In this document: one piece after another, positions 7,328 to 15,272 of the stretch
Layout: each line of letters starts with the position of its first letter
How positions within the stretch are numbered: the stretch's first letter is position 1
Source: Gemmatimonadales bacterium
GTDB lineage: Bacteria; Gemmatimonadota; Gemmatimonadetes; Gemmatimonadales; GWC2-71-9
Assembly (NCBI GenBank): GCA_044221825.1
Contig: JBGAOL010000004.1
Location: 1-32,492 of the forward strand
DNA length: 32,492 nt
Direction of reading: 5' to 3'
Position numbers and translations under genes: made by a program
Notes under the pieces: model-generated
Database searches by the model: none
Told to the model about the DNA's origin: nothing
What the model saw: only the letters and a program-made list of their open reading frames with translations

Positions 7328-7726
7328 TCAGTCCGGGGCGGGACGGCGCAGGATCACGGCGACGGCGCCGGCGGTGGCGTCGGAGTGGGAGAGTGACAGC
7401 TCCATGGCCAGCGGCCCGTGGGTGAAGGCGAGCTGTCGCGCCAGGCCGTGCAGCGTGAGGAAGGGACGCCCCTCGGTCTCGCGCTCCACCTCGAGGTCCT
7501 GCCAGCTCACGGCGCGGGCGCCGGGCAGCGGCTGCAGCGCCTTGTAGGCCGCCTCCTTGGCCGCGATGCGGGCGGCGATGTGCATGGCGGGGCGCGCCTT
7601 GTCCGCCACGTAGGCGCGCTCGCGCTCGGTGAGGAAGCGGCGGAGCACGCGGTCGCCGTGGCGGGCGATCATCCGCTCCACGCGCGCGATGTCCACGAGG
7701 TCGATCCCGATCCCGATCAGCTCCAT
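7328..7726 (-). CDS. acpS: Holo-[acyl-carrier-protein] synthase
   Basis: MELIGIGIDLVDIARV, AARIAAKEAAYKAL, GRP, LSLSHS. Start placed at ATG 7726. Confidence 0.95.
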   Translation of the reverse strand: MELIGIGIDLVDIARVERMIARHGDRVLRRFLTERERAYVADKARPAMHIAARIAAKEAAYKALQPLPGARAVSWQDLEVERETEGRPFLTLHGLARQLAFTHGPLAMELSLSHSDATAGAVAVILRRPAPD

Positions 7727-8463
7727 CTGGCCCAGAGCTCCTCCACGAGGGGACGCACCGGCCCCGGCACCGGCAGGTAGCCGCCCAGCACCAGACCGAC
7801 ATAGAGCGCCACACCGAACAGCACCGCAGCCGTGGCGTAGAGCGGCCAGGCGGGCCGGCGCCAGCGGCGCAGGTCCTGCACCTCCGCGTCCCATTCCCGG
7901 CCCTCGCGCGCCAGCGCCTCGAGCAGCCCGAGCCAGGCCGACTCGAGCCGGCGCGCGGCGGTGAGGAGCGCGTCCTGCCAGGCCGTCACGGCCGCGACGG
8001 GGGCGCGTTCCGGCCGGACCGGCGCAGTCGCCGCCTCGAGTGCGCGGAGTGCCTCACGGAAGCCGGCGTCGCCCTGGGCCAGGCGGGCGGCGATGGCGCG
8101 CACTTCCGCCGGCTCGAGCGCCAGGCGGCGGGTGCGGGCCGCGGGGAGCCGCGCCTCCCGCGCCGCGGCGAGGAGGCGCGCGTTCACCTGCTCCGCGACG
8201 CGCTGCGCGAGCGCCTCCACGGCGCGGTGCCAGGTGCCCTCGAGGGCGGTGCGGTCAAGGGTGCCGAGGGCCAGTTCCCGGTCGCCCTCGCGGGCCCAGC
8301 GGCGGGCGTCTCCCGCCAGCGCAAAGAGCTGGGTCACGAGCGCCACGCGGAGGTCCTCGACCGGCACCCAGGTGAGCTGGGGCGCGCCCGGCGGGGCCAC
8401 GAGGCGGCCGAGGGCGGGGCCGAGTTCCGGCACCACGAGGACACTGCGGGCGGTGGCGGTCAT
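7717..8463 (-). CDS. Hypothetical helical protein with C-terminal TM anchor
   Basis: Overlaps both neighbours (ATGA with the CYTH gene). Ala/Leu/Arg-rich helices and C-terminal WPLYATAAVLFGVALYVGLVLGG. Confidence 0.75.
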   Translation of the reverse strand: MTATARSVLVVPELGPALGRLVAPPGAPQLTWVPVEDLRVALVTQLFALAGDARRWAREGDRELALGTLDRTALEGTWHRAVEALAQRVAEQVNARLLAAAREARLPAARTRRLALEPAEVRAIAARLAQGDAGFREALRALEAATAPVRPERAPVAAVTAWQDALLTAARRLESAWLGLLEALAREGREWDAEVQDLRRWRRPAWPLYATAAVLFGVALYVGLVLGGYLPVPGPVRPLVEELWARWS

Positions 8464-9059
8464 GCGGTGGCCCAGCCGGGCGCCTGGTCCTCGAGCTCGG
8501 CCTCGGCCAGGAGGGCGGGGCGGCCGGTGCGCTGCTGGTAGCGCGCCGTGAAGCTGACGAGCGCATCCGGCAGGCAGGTCCGGCGCTCCAGGCCGAGCGT
8601 GCGAATGGTGGCCTCGATGCCGTCGGGCGCGCCCTCGATCTCGGCGAGGACGTCCATGCGCGGGTACCACTCCAGGCGCACGGTGGTGTCGCCCACGCGC
8701 CAGACCTCGACGAAGCGGTCGATGGCGTGGGTGATGACGTAGCCCAGGGCCTGGAACGTGGCGAGCACCGCCTCGCCGGGGGCCGCGTCGTACTCGAGCT
8801 CGTCGCGGTGCTTGTAGCCGGCGGCGTTCACGGTGGTGGGGCCCTTGAAGGCCACCACCGCGCGGTGCGGCCCGTCGCCCTCCGGGAGCCAGAGGCGGAG
8901 GCGGAGCACCTCGTCGCGGGCGTCGAGCTCACCGTCGCGGTCGAACCGGCGGTCGCGCATGAAGCCGCGGAACCCGCGCACGGCGCCCGCCTCGCGGAGG
9001 CGGGTGCGGAGGGTGGCGGGATCGGCCACCACGGTCTTGAGCTCGAGCTCAGTCGCCAA
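8460..9059 (-). CDS. CYTH-domain protein (class IV adenylate cyclase / triphosphate tunnel metalloenzyme)
   Basis: N-terminal ExExK (ELELK), DRRFD, VLRLR, FKGP, RDELE, AEIEG. TTG start at 9059 is inferred. Confidence 0.85.
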   Translation of the reverse strand: MATELELKTVVADPATLRTRLREAGAVRGFRGFMRDRRFDRDGELDARDEVLRLRLWLPEGDGPHRAVVAFKGPTTVNAAGYKHRDELEYDAAPGEAVLATFQALGYVITHAIDRFVEVWRVGDTTVRLEWYPRMDVLAEIEGAPDGIEATIRTLGLERRTCLPDALVSFTARYQQRTGRPALLAEAELEDQAPGWATA

Positions 9060-9756
9060 GGATGGCCTCGAGGACAAGGGCGGTCTCGGCCAGGGTGTCG
9101 AAGGCGGCGTGGGCGCCGGCGGCGCGGAGATCGGCCACGGAGTAGGCGCCGGTGGCCACGCCGATGGCGCGGGCCCCGATCTCGCGGCCGCAGGTGACGT
9201 CCGCCGGCGTGTCGCCGATGATCACCACCTCGTGGCCGCGGGGCTCGCGTCCGAAGAAGGGAAGCGCGCGCCGCGCCGCGATGGCGGGGAGGTCGGGCCG
9301 GTGGTGCGAATCGGAGCCGTACGCGCCCACCTCGAAGCGGGCCACGTTGATGCCCGCCGCGGCCAGCTTGAGCGCGGCGCCCTGCGCCACGTTGCCGGTC
9401 AGCAGGCCGAGCACCACGGCGGGATGGGCCTCGAGGGTGTCGAGCAGCGCGGGGACGCCGGGCATGATGGTGGTCACGCTCCGCGGCTGGCGCAGCTCCG
9501 CCGCGAGGATGCCGACGTAGCGCTCGCAGATCGCGTGGGCCAGCGACGGATCGCCCGCGTCGGGATGCCCGCCGGCCTCCAGCAGCTCGCGGATGATCTG
9601 CGGGTCGGTCTTGCCGTCGAAGCGGACCTGGCCCACCGCCGAGTTGAGCTCGATGAGGTCCCCGAGGGCCTCGGTGAGGGCGCGGCGGCCCGCCCCGGCG
9701 GTGAGGAGGATGGTGCCGTCGATGTCGAGCAGGACGAGGGTGGCGGGCGGGGTCAT
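9049..9756 (-). CDS. HAD-family hydrolase (phosphoglycolate phosphatase-like)
   Basis: LLDIDGTIL, GKTD, GLLTGN, GAYGSD, IIGDTPADV, GVATG. Confidence 0.92.
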   Translation of the reverse strand: MTPPATLVLLDIDGTILLTAGAGRRALTEALGDLIELNSAVGQVRFDGKTDPQIIRELLEAGGHPDAGDPSLAHAICERYVGILAAELRQPRSVTTIMPGVPALLDTLEAHPAVVLGLLTGNVAQGAALKLAAAGINVARFEVGAYGSDSHHRPDLPAIAARRALPFFGREPRGHEVVIIGDTPADVTCGREIGARAIGVATGAYSVADLRAAGAHAAFDTLAETALVLEAILGD

Positions 9757-10541
9757 CCCGTCACCCGGCGGATGGCCACGAGCTGGGGACGGAGCACAAA
9801 GGCGCGTGCCCCCGGTGCCCAGGACTCCAACACCACCCCGCCCAGCGCCACGGTGGAGTGCACCAGGGTGCCGCTCGGTCCCGCGAAGGCGACGTGGGTG
9901 ATGCGGTCGCCGCGCTCGCTGAAGAAGAGCAGGTCGCCCTGCTGCTCGGTGCCCGGCTCCACGGGAACGCCCTCCTGCGCCTGCTGCGCGGCGTCGCGCG
10001 GGAGGTGGATGCCGCGGGCCAGGAAGGTGGTCTGCACCAGGCCGGAGCAGTCCACGCCCCAGGGCGTGACGCCGCCCCAGAGGTAGGGCGTGCCCACGAA
10101 CGTGCGCCAGGCCCAGAGGTCCGGGGAGACGGCGCTGGCGCGCGCGATGCACCGCTCGTACGGCAGCACGCTCCCGGCAATGACGGTGCCGACCCGACCA
10201 TCCGGCAGGTCGATGCGCGGCGCGGCCAGCCCCACGCGGGCGCGCACCGGGAGGCGCACGATGTCGCCGCCCTCGGTCCGCACCACGGCGCCCTCGCTCC
10301 AGCCGGTGGCGGAGTCCCGCCAGCCGCGGGCGATCTCGTGATCGGTCTCGAGCGCGTAGCCACGGTGCACCCAGCCCTCGTAGCGGTCGCCCTCGAGGCG
10401 CACGCGGCGCCACTCGCCCTCGGCGGCCAGGACCCGCGCGGTCTCGCCGAGGACGAACTGGGTGACCACCTCACTGCGGAGGTTGGGCTCGCGGAAGACC
10501 GGCGCGACACCGCTCCGCCCGACCAGCGACGTGGTGCTCAC
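9753..10541 (-). CDS. SH3 plus NlpC/P60 (C40) peptidase, YkfC-like dipeptidyl peptidase
   Basis: SEVVTQFVLGE..DRYEGWV SH3-like region, GTPYLWGG..GVDCSGLVQ, LPRDA, GDLLFF, THVA. GTG start overlaps the upstream stop. Confidence 0.92.
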   Translation of the reverse strand: MSTTSLVGRSGVAPVFREPNLRSEVVTQFVLGETARVLAAEGEWRRVRLEGDRYEGWVHRGYALETDHEIARGWRDSATGWSEGAVVRTEGGDIVRLPVRARVGLAAPRIDLPDGRVGTVIAGSVLPYERCIARASAVSPDLWAWRTFVGTPYLWGGVTPWGVDCSGLVQTTFLARGIHLPRDAAQQAQEGVPVEPGTEQQGDLLFFSERGDRITHVAFAGPSGTLVHSTVALGGVVLESWAPGARAFVLRPQLVAIRRVTG

Positions 10542-10717
10542 GCGCCCCCGGCCTTCTCCGCCTCCTGGCACGCGCGGCACTTGGTGACGCCCTGGAACGA
10601 GCACATGATGCAGATGAACGTGCCGCACCCCTCACAGGGGTAGCCTTCCGAGGCACGCTCCTCGCGCCCGCAGGCGCGGCAGCCCATGGCGTCCTTTTCC
10701 TTCAGCTCGGCCTTCAT
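10538..10717 (-). CDS. 59-aa protein with four CxxC motifs (putative double zinc-binding microprotein)
   Basis: MKAELKEKDAMGCRACGREERASEGYPCEGCGTFICIMCSFQGVTKCRACQEAEKAGGA. GGGGAGG RBS. Stop overlaps the next start. Confidence 0.8.
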   Translation of the reverse strand: MKAELKEKDAMGCRACGREERASEGYPCEGCGTFICIMCSFQGVTKCRACQEAEKAGGA

Positions 10718-10797
10718 GCGGTCCTCCCCGGGAGCGGCGCGCTCCCCATGGTCCCTAATCTCTCCTGGCCCCGGGCGCGGCACAAACGCGCGGGCGG

Positions 10798-12144
10798 CTA
10801 GGAGCCGATCGCGAACTTCTTGATCTTGTTGATGAGCGTGGCGCGCGAGATGCCGAGCTCTTGCGCGGCGCGGGTGCGGTTGCCCGCGTGATGGCGCAGG
10901 GTGCGCTCGATGTGGGCGCGCTCCAGCTCGTCGAGCGTCATGGGGGTGTGGCGGCGATCGCCGGGCCCGGGGCGGTTGCGGAAGTCGCCGGGCAGGTGCT
11001 CCAGCGCCACGGCGGGCTGTCCACGCGCCAGTAGCAGCGCCCGCTCCAGCACGTTCCGCATCTCGCGCACGTTGCCCGGCCACGGGTGCGCCAGCAGCCG
11101 TTCCAGCGCCTCGGGGCCCACGGCCGCCGGGGCGCCCGGCAGGTTCCGCTGCAGCTCGTTGACGAGCGCGAGCAGCAGTGTCAGGCGGTCCTCGCGCAGC
11201 CGCTCGCGGAGGGGCGGCAGGTGGACCGGCATGACGTTCAGGCGATAGAGCAGGTCGCCGCGGAACTGGCCGGCCTCGCTCAGCGCGGTGAGGTCCTGCG
11301 CGGTGGCGGCGATGACGCGGATGTCGGCGTTCAGGTCCCGGGTGCCGCCCACCCGGCGGAAGGTCCGGGTCTCGAGCAGGCGCAGCAGCTTGGGCTGCAG
11401 CTCGGCCGGGAGCTCGGACACTTCCTCCAGGAAGAGCGATCCGCCCGCGCCGGTCTCCACCAGGCCGGGACGGCGCTCACGGGCCTGTTCGGCGCTGGCG
11501 TACTCCGAACCGAAGAGGTCGGCATCGATGTCGGCGGCGCTCCGGCCGAAGAAGCTCACGGTGAGGAACGGCCCCGCCGCCCGGGGCGAGAGCTGGTGCA
11601 CCACCTCGGCCAGCCAGCCCTTCCCCACCCCGCCCTCGCCGGTGAGGAGCACGGGCGTGCGCTCGGAGAGCGAGACGAGGCCCACGCGGGTGAGCAGCTC
11701 CTTCATGGACGTGGAGCTGCCGAGCGCGTCGAGGTCGTCGCCGGGGGCGGCGCGGAGGAGGAGGAGCTCGTTGAGGCGCTTGAGCCGCACCTTGTCCGCC
11801 ACCCGCTGCACGGCGGCCTGCAGGTGCTGCAGGTCCACCGGCTTGGTGAGGAAGTTCTCGGCGCCGAGCTGCATGGCCTGGACCGCCGTGGACACCTCGG
11901 CAAAGCCGGTGAGGACGATGACCGCGGCGTTCCGCTCCTTGAAGCGGGCCAGCGCCTCGAGGCCGCTCATGCCGGGGAGGTTCAGGTCCAGCAGCACCAC
12001 CTCGGGGCGGAGCCGGTCGTAGGCGGCGAGGCCCGCCTCGGCGTCGAGCTCGCGGGCCACCTCGTAGCCCGCCTGCTCGAACACGTTGCCGATGGCGCGC
12101 AGCACGTCCACGTCGTCGTCGATGAGCAGGACCGAGTCAGCCAT
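10798..12144 (-). CDS. NtrC-family response regulator (REC, AAA+, Fis-type HTH) with degenerate sigma-54 interaction loop
   Basis: LLIDDD..VLLDLNLPG receiver, GEGGVGK Walker A, FRGDLLYRLNV, WPGNVREMRN, GNRTRAAQELGISRATL. GAFTGA is absent. Confidence 0.93.
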   Translation of the reverse strand: MADSVLLIDDDVDVLRAIGNVFEQAGYEVARELDAEAGLAAYDRLRPEVVLLDLNLPGMSGLEALARFKERNAAVIVLTGFAEVSTAVQAMQLGAENFLTKPVDLQHLQAAVQRVADKVRLKRLNELLLLRAAPGDDLDALGSSTSMKELLTRVGLVSLSERTPVLLTGEGGVGKGWLAEVVHQLSPRAAGPFLTVSFFGRSAADIDADLFGSEYASAEQARERRPGLVETGAGGSLFLEEVSELPAELQPKLLRLLETRTFRRVGGTRDLNADIRVIAATAQDLTALSEAGQFRGDLLYRLNVMPVHLPPLRERLREDRLTLLLALVNELQRNLPGAPAAVGPEALERLLAHPWPGNVREMRNVLERALLLARGQPAVALEHLPGDFRNRPGPGDRRHTPMTLDELERAHIERTLRHHAGNRTRAAQELGISRATLINKIKKFAIGS

Positions 12145-14368
12145 CGGTGCTCCTCGGGGTACGGGTGGGGTCGCGGGGGAGCTGGAAGGCGAAGCGGGCG
12201 CCGCCCTCGGCCCGGTTGCCCCCGGTGATCTCGCCGCCGTGCGCGCGGACGATGCCGTGCGAGAGGGAGAGCCCGAGGCCGGTGCCCTTGCCCTGCGGCT
12301 TGGTGGTGAAGAACGGCTCGAAGATCCGCGACAGCGATTCCGCGGGGATGCCGGGCCCGCTGTCGAGCACCTCGAAGCCCACCCAGTCGGGGGTGGACCA
12401 GGTACGGACCAGGCCGCGGGCGCCGGGCACGCCTTCCATCGCGTGGGCGGCGTTGACGAGGAGGTTGGTGATCACCTGGCGCACCTGGTCGGCATCCGCG
12501 CTCACGGCGGGGAGCGTCGGGTCGAGGCCGAGGGTCCAGATGACGCCCTGGCCGCCGAGCGCCGGGGTGGTGACGAAGGTCTCGCGGACCACGGCGTTCA
12601 GGTCGGTGGCGCGGCGCTCGAGCGGGCGCTGCCGGGCGAAGCTCAGCAGGTCGGTGACGATGCGCGCCGCCCGCATGGCCTCGCCCCGGATGGTGTCGAG
12701 GCCGCGGCCCACCTCCTCCTGCACGTGCGGGTCGAAGGAGAGCGCCTGCGCCATGGCGGCGATGCCGGCGAGCGGGTTGTTGAGCTCGTGCGCCACGCCG
12801 GAGACCAGCGACCCGAGCGCCGCCATCTTCTCCGAGTGGGTGAGCCGCTCCCGCAGCTCCACCTCGTCGGTGACGTCCCGCGCGATGGCGAGCACGGCGC
12901 GCCGCCCGCCCTGTTCTTCCACGGGCACCACCACCATGGCCGCCTGACGCTGGGCGCCGTCGCGGCGGCGGAAGTGGAACATGAAGTCGCGGGTCTCGCC
13001 CTCCAGCGCGCCGGCCAGCTGCGCCGCCACGTAGCCCCACTCCGCCGGGATCACGAAGGCCTGCAGCGTCAGCGCCGTCTCGGGCGCGGTGACCCCTGCC
13101 AGCCGGAACGCCGCGCGGTTGGCCGAGACGAAGCGTCCCTCGCGGTCCAGGGTGAAGATGGCGAGCGGGGCCCGGTTGAAGAGCACGCGGAAGCGGCGCT
13201 CCGAGCGGCGGAGCGCCTCGGTGGCCAGGCGCTCGCGGGTGACGTCGCGGGCCACGGCCACGGCGCCGGCCGGGGTGCCGCGTTCCTCGAGCGGCGCCAC
13301 CGAGACCTCGGCGATGCGCACGCCGTCGGGGCGGCGGATGAGCGCCTCGTAGCGCCGGCCGCTGCCGCTCGGCGCCTCGGGCCCGTCGTGTGGCAGCAGC
13401 TGGTCGAGCGGCTGGCCCAGCAGCTGGCCGGCGCCCGGGCCGAAGAGCTCGGCCGCCGCAGGATTGGCGAGCACCACGCGGCCGTCGGGGCCGGTGAGCA
13501 GGATGGCCTCGACGGCGGTGGCCACGAGGCGGCTGTAGCGCGATTCGAGGCGGACGTACTGCGTGAGGTCGTCCACGGCCACCACGAACCCCCCACCCTG
13601 GCGCGGCGTGGCCGTGAGCACGGCGTGCTGGCCGCGCACGGTGTCGAGGAAGCGGCTGGTGCGCTGACCGGTGCGCCGCGCCTCACTGAAGGGGTCCTCG
13701 GTGGGCGGCCAGTCGGTGAACAGCGACGCCACGTCGAGACCGGGCAGGGCCGTGACCTCCACGCTCGCCATCTCGGCGATGAAGCGGTTGGCGCGCTCGA
13801 TGCGCCCGTCGTCGTCCACCAGCGCCAGGCCGTTGCCGGTGCCGTCGAACGCCGCCTGCCACTCCTGCTTGATGCGCGACACCTGCGCCACCACCCGGCT
13901 CCGCCCCACCGCGAGCGCGGCCAGGTCGGCGAACGCGAGGAGCAGCCGACGCTCCGGCTCCGAGTAGGGCCGCGGCTCGGGCGCCAGCAGCACCAGCCAG
14001 CCCACCAGGCCCCGGCCGTGGCGGAGCGGCAGGACCGCCGTGGCACCCAGGCCCTCCGTGACGGCGACGGCGCGGAGCGGGCTCTCCGGCGCCGCGCGGA
14101 GGTCATCGGTGAAGAACGGCAGCGCCTGGACGTCGGGGTGCGCCTCGAGCTGCGCCAGCAGCGCCTGCGCCAGCGCCGGCGACAGGCCGCAGAGCGCCCC
14201 CACCGACGCCAGCCCGCGCCGCTCATCCCGGAGGAAGAGACCCGCGGCGCGCGCCGGGACCAGCGCCAGCGCCTCCTCGACCACGGCGGCGATGGTGCCC
14301 TCCGCGTCGCCGGTGGCGGCCAGGTGATGGGCCACGCGGCCCAGCTGGACGACGGGATCGCCGGTCAT
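12137..14368 (-). CDS. Cytoplasmic sensor histidine kinase (GAF, three PAS, HisKA, HATPase)
   Basis: SEKMAALGSLVSGVAHELNNPL H-box, NLLVNA, DSGPGI, IFEPFFTTK..GTGLGL. No obvious TM segment. Confidence 0.93.
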   Translation of the reverse strand: MTGDPVVQLGRVAHHLAATGDAEGTIAAVVEEALALVPARAAGLFLRDERRGLASVGALCGLSPALAQALLAQLEAHPDVQALPFFTDDLRAAPESPLRAVAVTEGLGATAVLPLRHGRGLVGWLVLLAPEPRPYSEPERRLLLAFADLAALAVGRSRVVAQVSRIKQEWQAAFDGTGNGLALVDDDGRIERANRFIAEMASVEVTALPGLDVASLFTDWPPTEDPFSEARRTGQRTSRFLDTVRGQHAVLTATPRQGGGFVVAVDDLTQYVRLESRYSRLVATAVEAILLTGPDGRVVLANPAAAELFGPGAGQLLGQPLDQLLPHDGPEAPSGSGRRYEALIRRPDGVRIAEVSVAPLEERGTPAGAVAVARDVTRERLATEALRRSERRFRVLFNRAPLAIFTLDREGRFVSANRAAFRLAGVTAPETALTLQAFVIPAEWGYVAAQLAGALEGETRDFMFHFRRRDGAQRQAAMVVVPVEEQGGRRAVLAIARDVTDEVELRERLTHSEKMAALGSLVSGVAHELNNPLAGIAAMAQALSFDPHVQEEVGRGLDTIRGEAMRAARIVTDLLSFARQRPLERRATDLNAVVRETFVTTPALGGQGVIWTLGLDPTLPAVSADADQVRQVITNLLVNAAHAMEGVPGARGLVRTWSTPDWVGFEVLDSGPGIPAESLSRIFEPFFTTKPQGKGTGLGLSLSHGIVRAHGGEITGGNRAEGGARFAFQLPRDPTRTPRSTDG

Positions 14369-15270
14369 TCGGGCCGCACCGGGGTGAGCACCTTGATGGC
14401 GTGCGGGACCACCTCGGCGGTGAAGGGCGTGATGCCGTGCGCCTCGCCGTCGAGCTGCACCGGCTGCGCCGGCTCGGTGGCCACCGTGATGACCTTCCCG
14501 CGCGCGTACCCGATGTAGCCGGCCTGCGGGCCGTTGCCGCCCTCGCGCACCAGCTCCCAGACGGCGCGCACGCTGTCCACCAGGTTGTCGGCGCGGAGCA
14601 CCACCACGTCGAGCAGGCCGTCATCCGGGGTGATGCCCTTCCGCAGGCGGAGCAGGGGCGGGATGACCTCGCCGCAGTTGGCCACGAGGACGAGCGCCGC
14701 GGTGGCCTCGTACTCCTCGCCATCCACGGTGATGTGGTGCACGGTGCTCCGGAGTTCCGGCATGAGGCGGAACACCGTGGCCACGTAGGCCGCGAAGCGC
14801 CAGCGATGCTTCTCGGCGGTGGTGGTCTCGGCCATCACGCGCGCGTCGTAGCCGGCGCCGCAGGCCACGGCGAAGTAGTGCGTGCCGTCGGGGCGCTGCA
14901 TGCGCCCCAGGTCGAGCGGGGCCACGCGACTGGCCAGCATGGCGCGCGCGGCGCGCACGGGGTTGGCGGGAATGCGGAGGTTGCCGGCCAGCAGGTTGCC
15001 GGTGCCGCCCGGGATGACGCCGAGGGCGGTGTCGGTGCCCACGAGCGCGGCGGCCGCCTGCATGGTGGTGCCGTCGCCGCCGAAGACGCCCACCACGTCC
15101 ATCCGGTCGGCCACGGCCTCGAGCGCAAAGCGGCGCGCGTCGCCGGGGCCGCCGGTGGCGCGCAGCTCCACCTCCCAGCCGCCCTGGCGGAGGGTGTCCA
15201 CCACGGCGCGGATGCTGAGCGCCTGGGTGCGGGCGGCGGCGGGGTTGGTGATGATCAGCGCGCGGGTCAC
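14365..15270 (-). CDS. Diacylglycerol/lipid kinase family protein (YegS/DAGK)
   Basis: ITNPAA, GGDGT, IPGGTGNLLA, GAGYDA, PDDGLLDV, VQLDGE. Confidence 0.93.
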   Translation of the reverse strand: MTRALIITNPAAARTQALSIRAVVDTLRQGGWEVELRATGGPGDARRFALEAVADRMDVVGVFGGDGTTMQAAAALVGTDTALGVIPGGTGNLLAGNLRIPANPVRAARAMLASRVAPLDLGRMQRPDGTHYFAVACGAGYDARVMAETTTAEKHRWRFAAYVATVFRLMPELRSTVHHITVDGEEYEATAALVLVANCGEVIPPLLRLRKGITPDDGLLDVVVLRADNLVDSVRAVWELVREGGNGPQAGYIGYARGKVITVATEPAQPVQLDGEAHGITPFTAEVVPHAIKVLTPVRPE

Positions 15271-15272
15271 GC

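Noticed and set aside
8460-10717. Possible cyclic-nucleotide or anti-phage defence module (CYTH plus HAD plus Zn protein)
   Set aside because: No effector, nuclease, CD-NTase or mobile context. Composition matches the core genome and the unit ends in housekeeping acpS.
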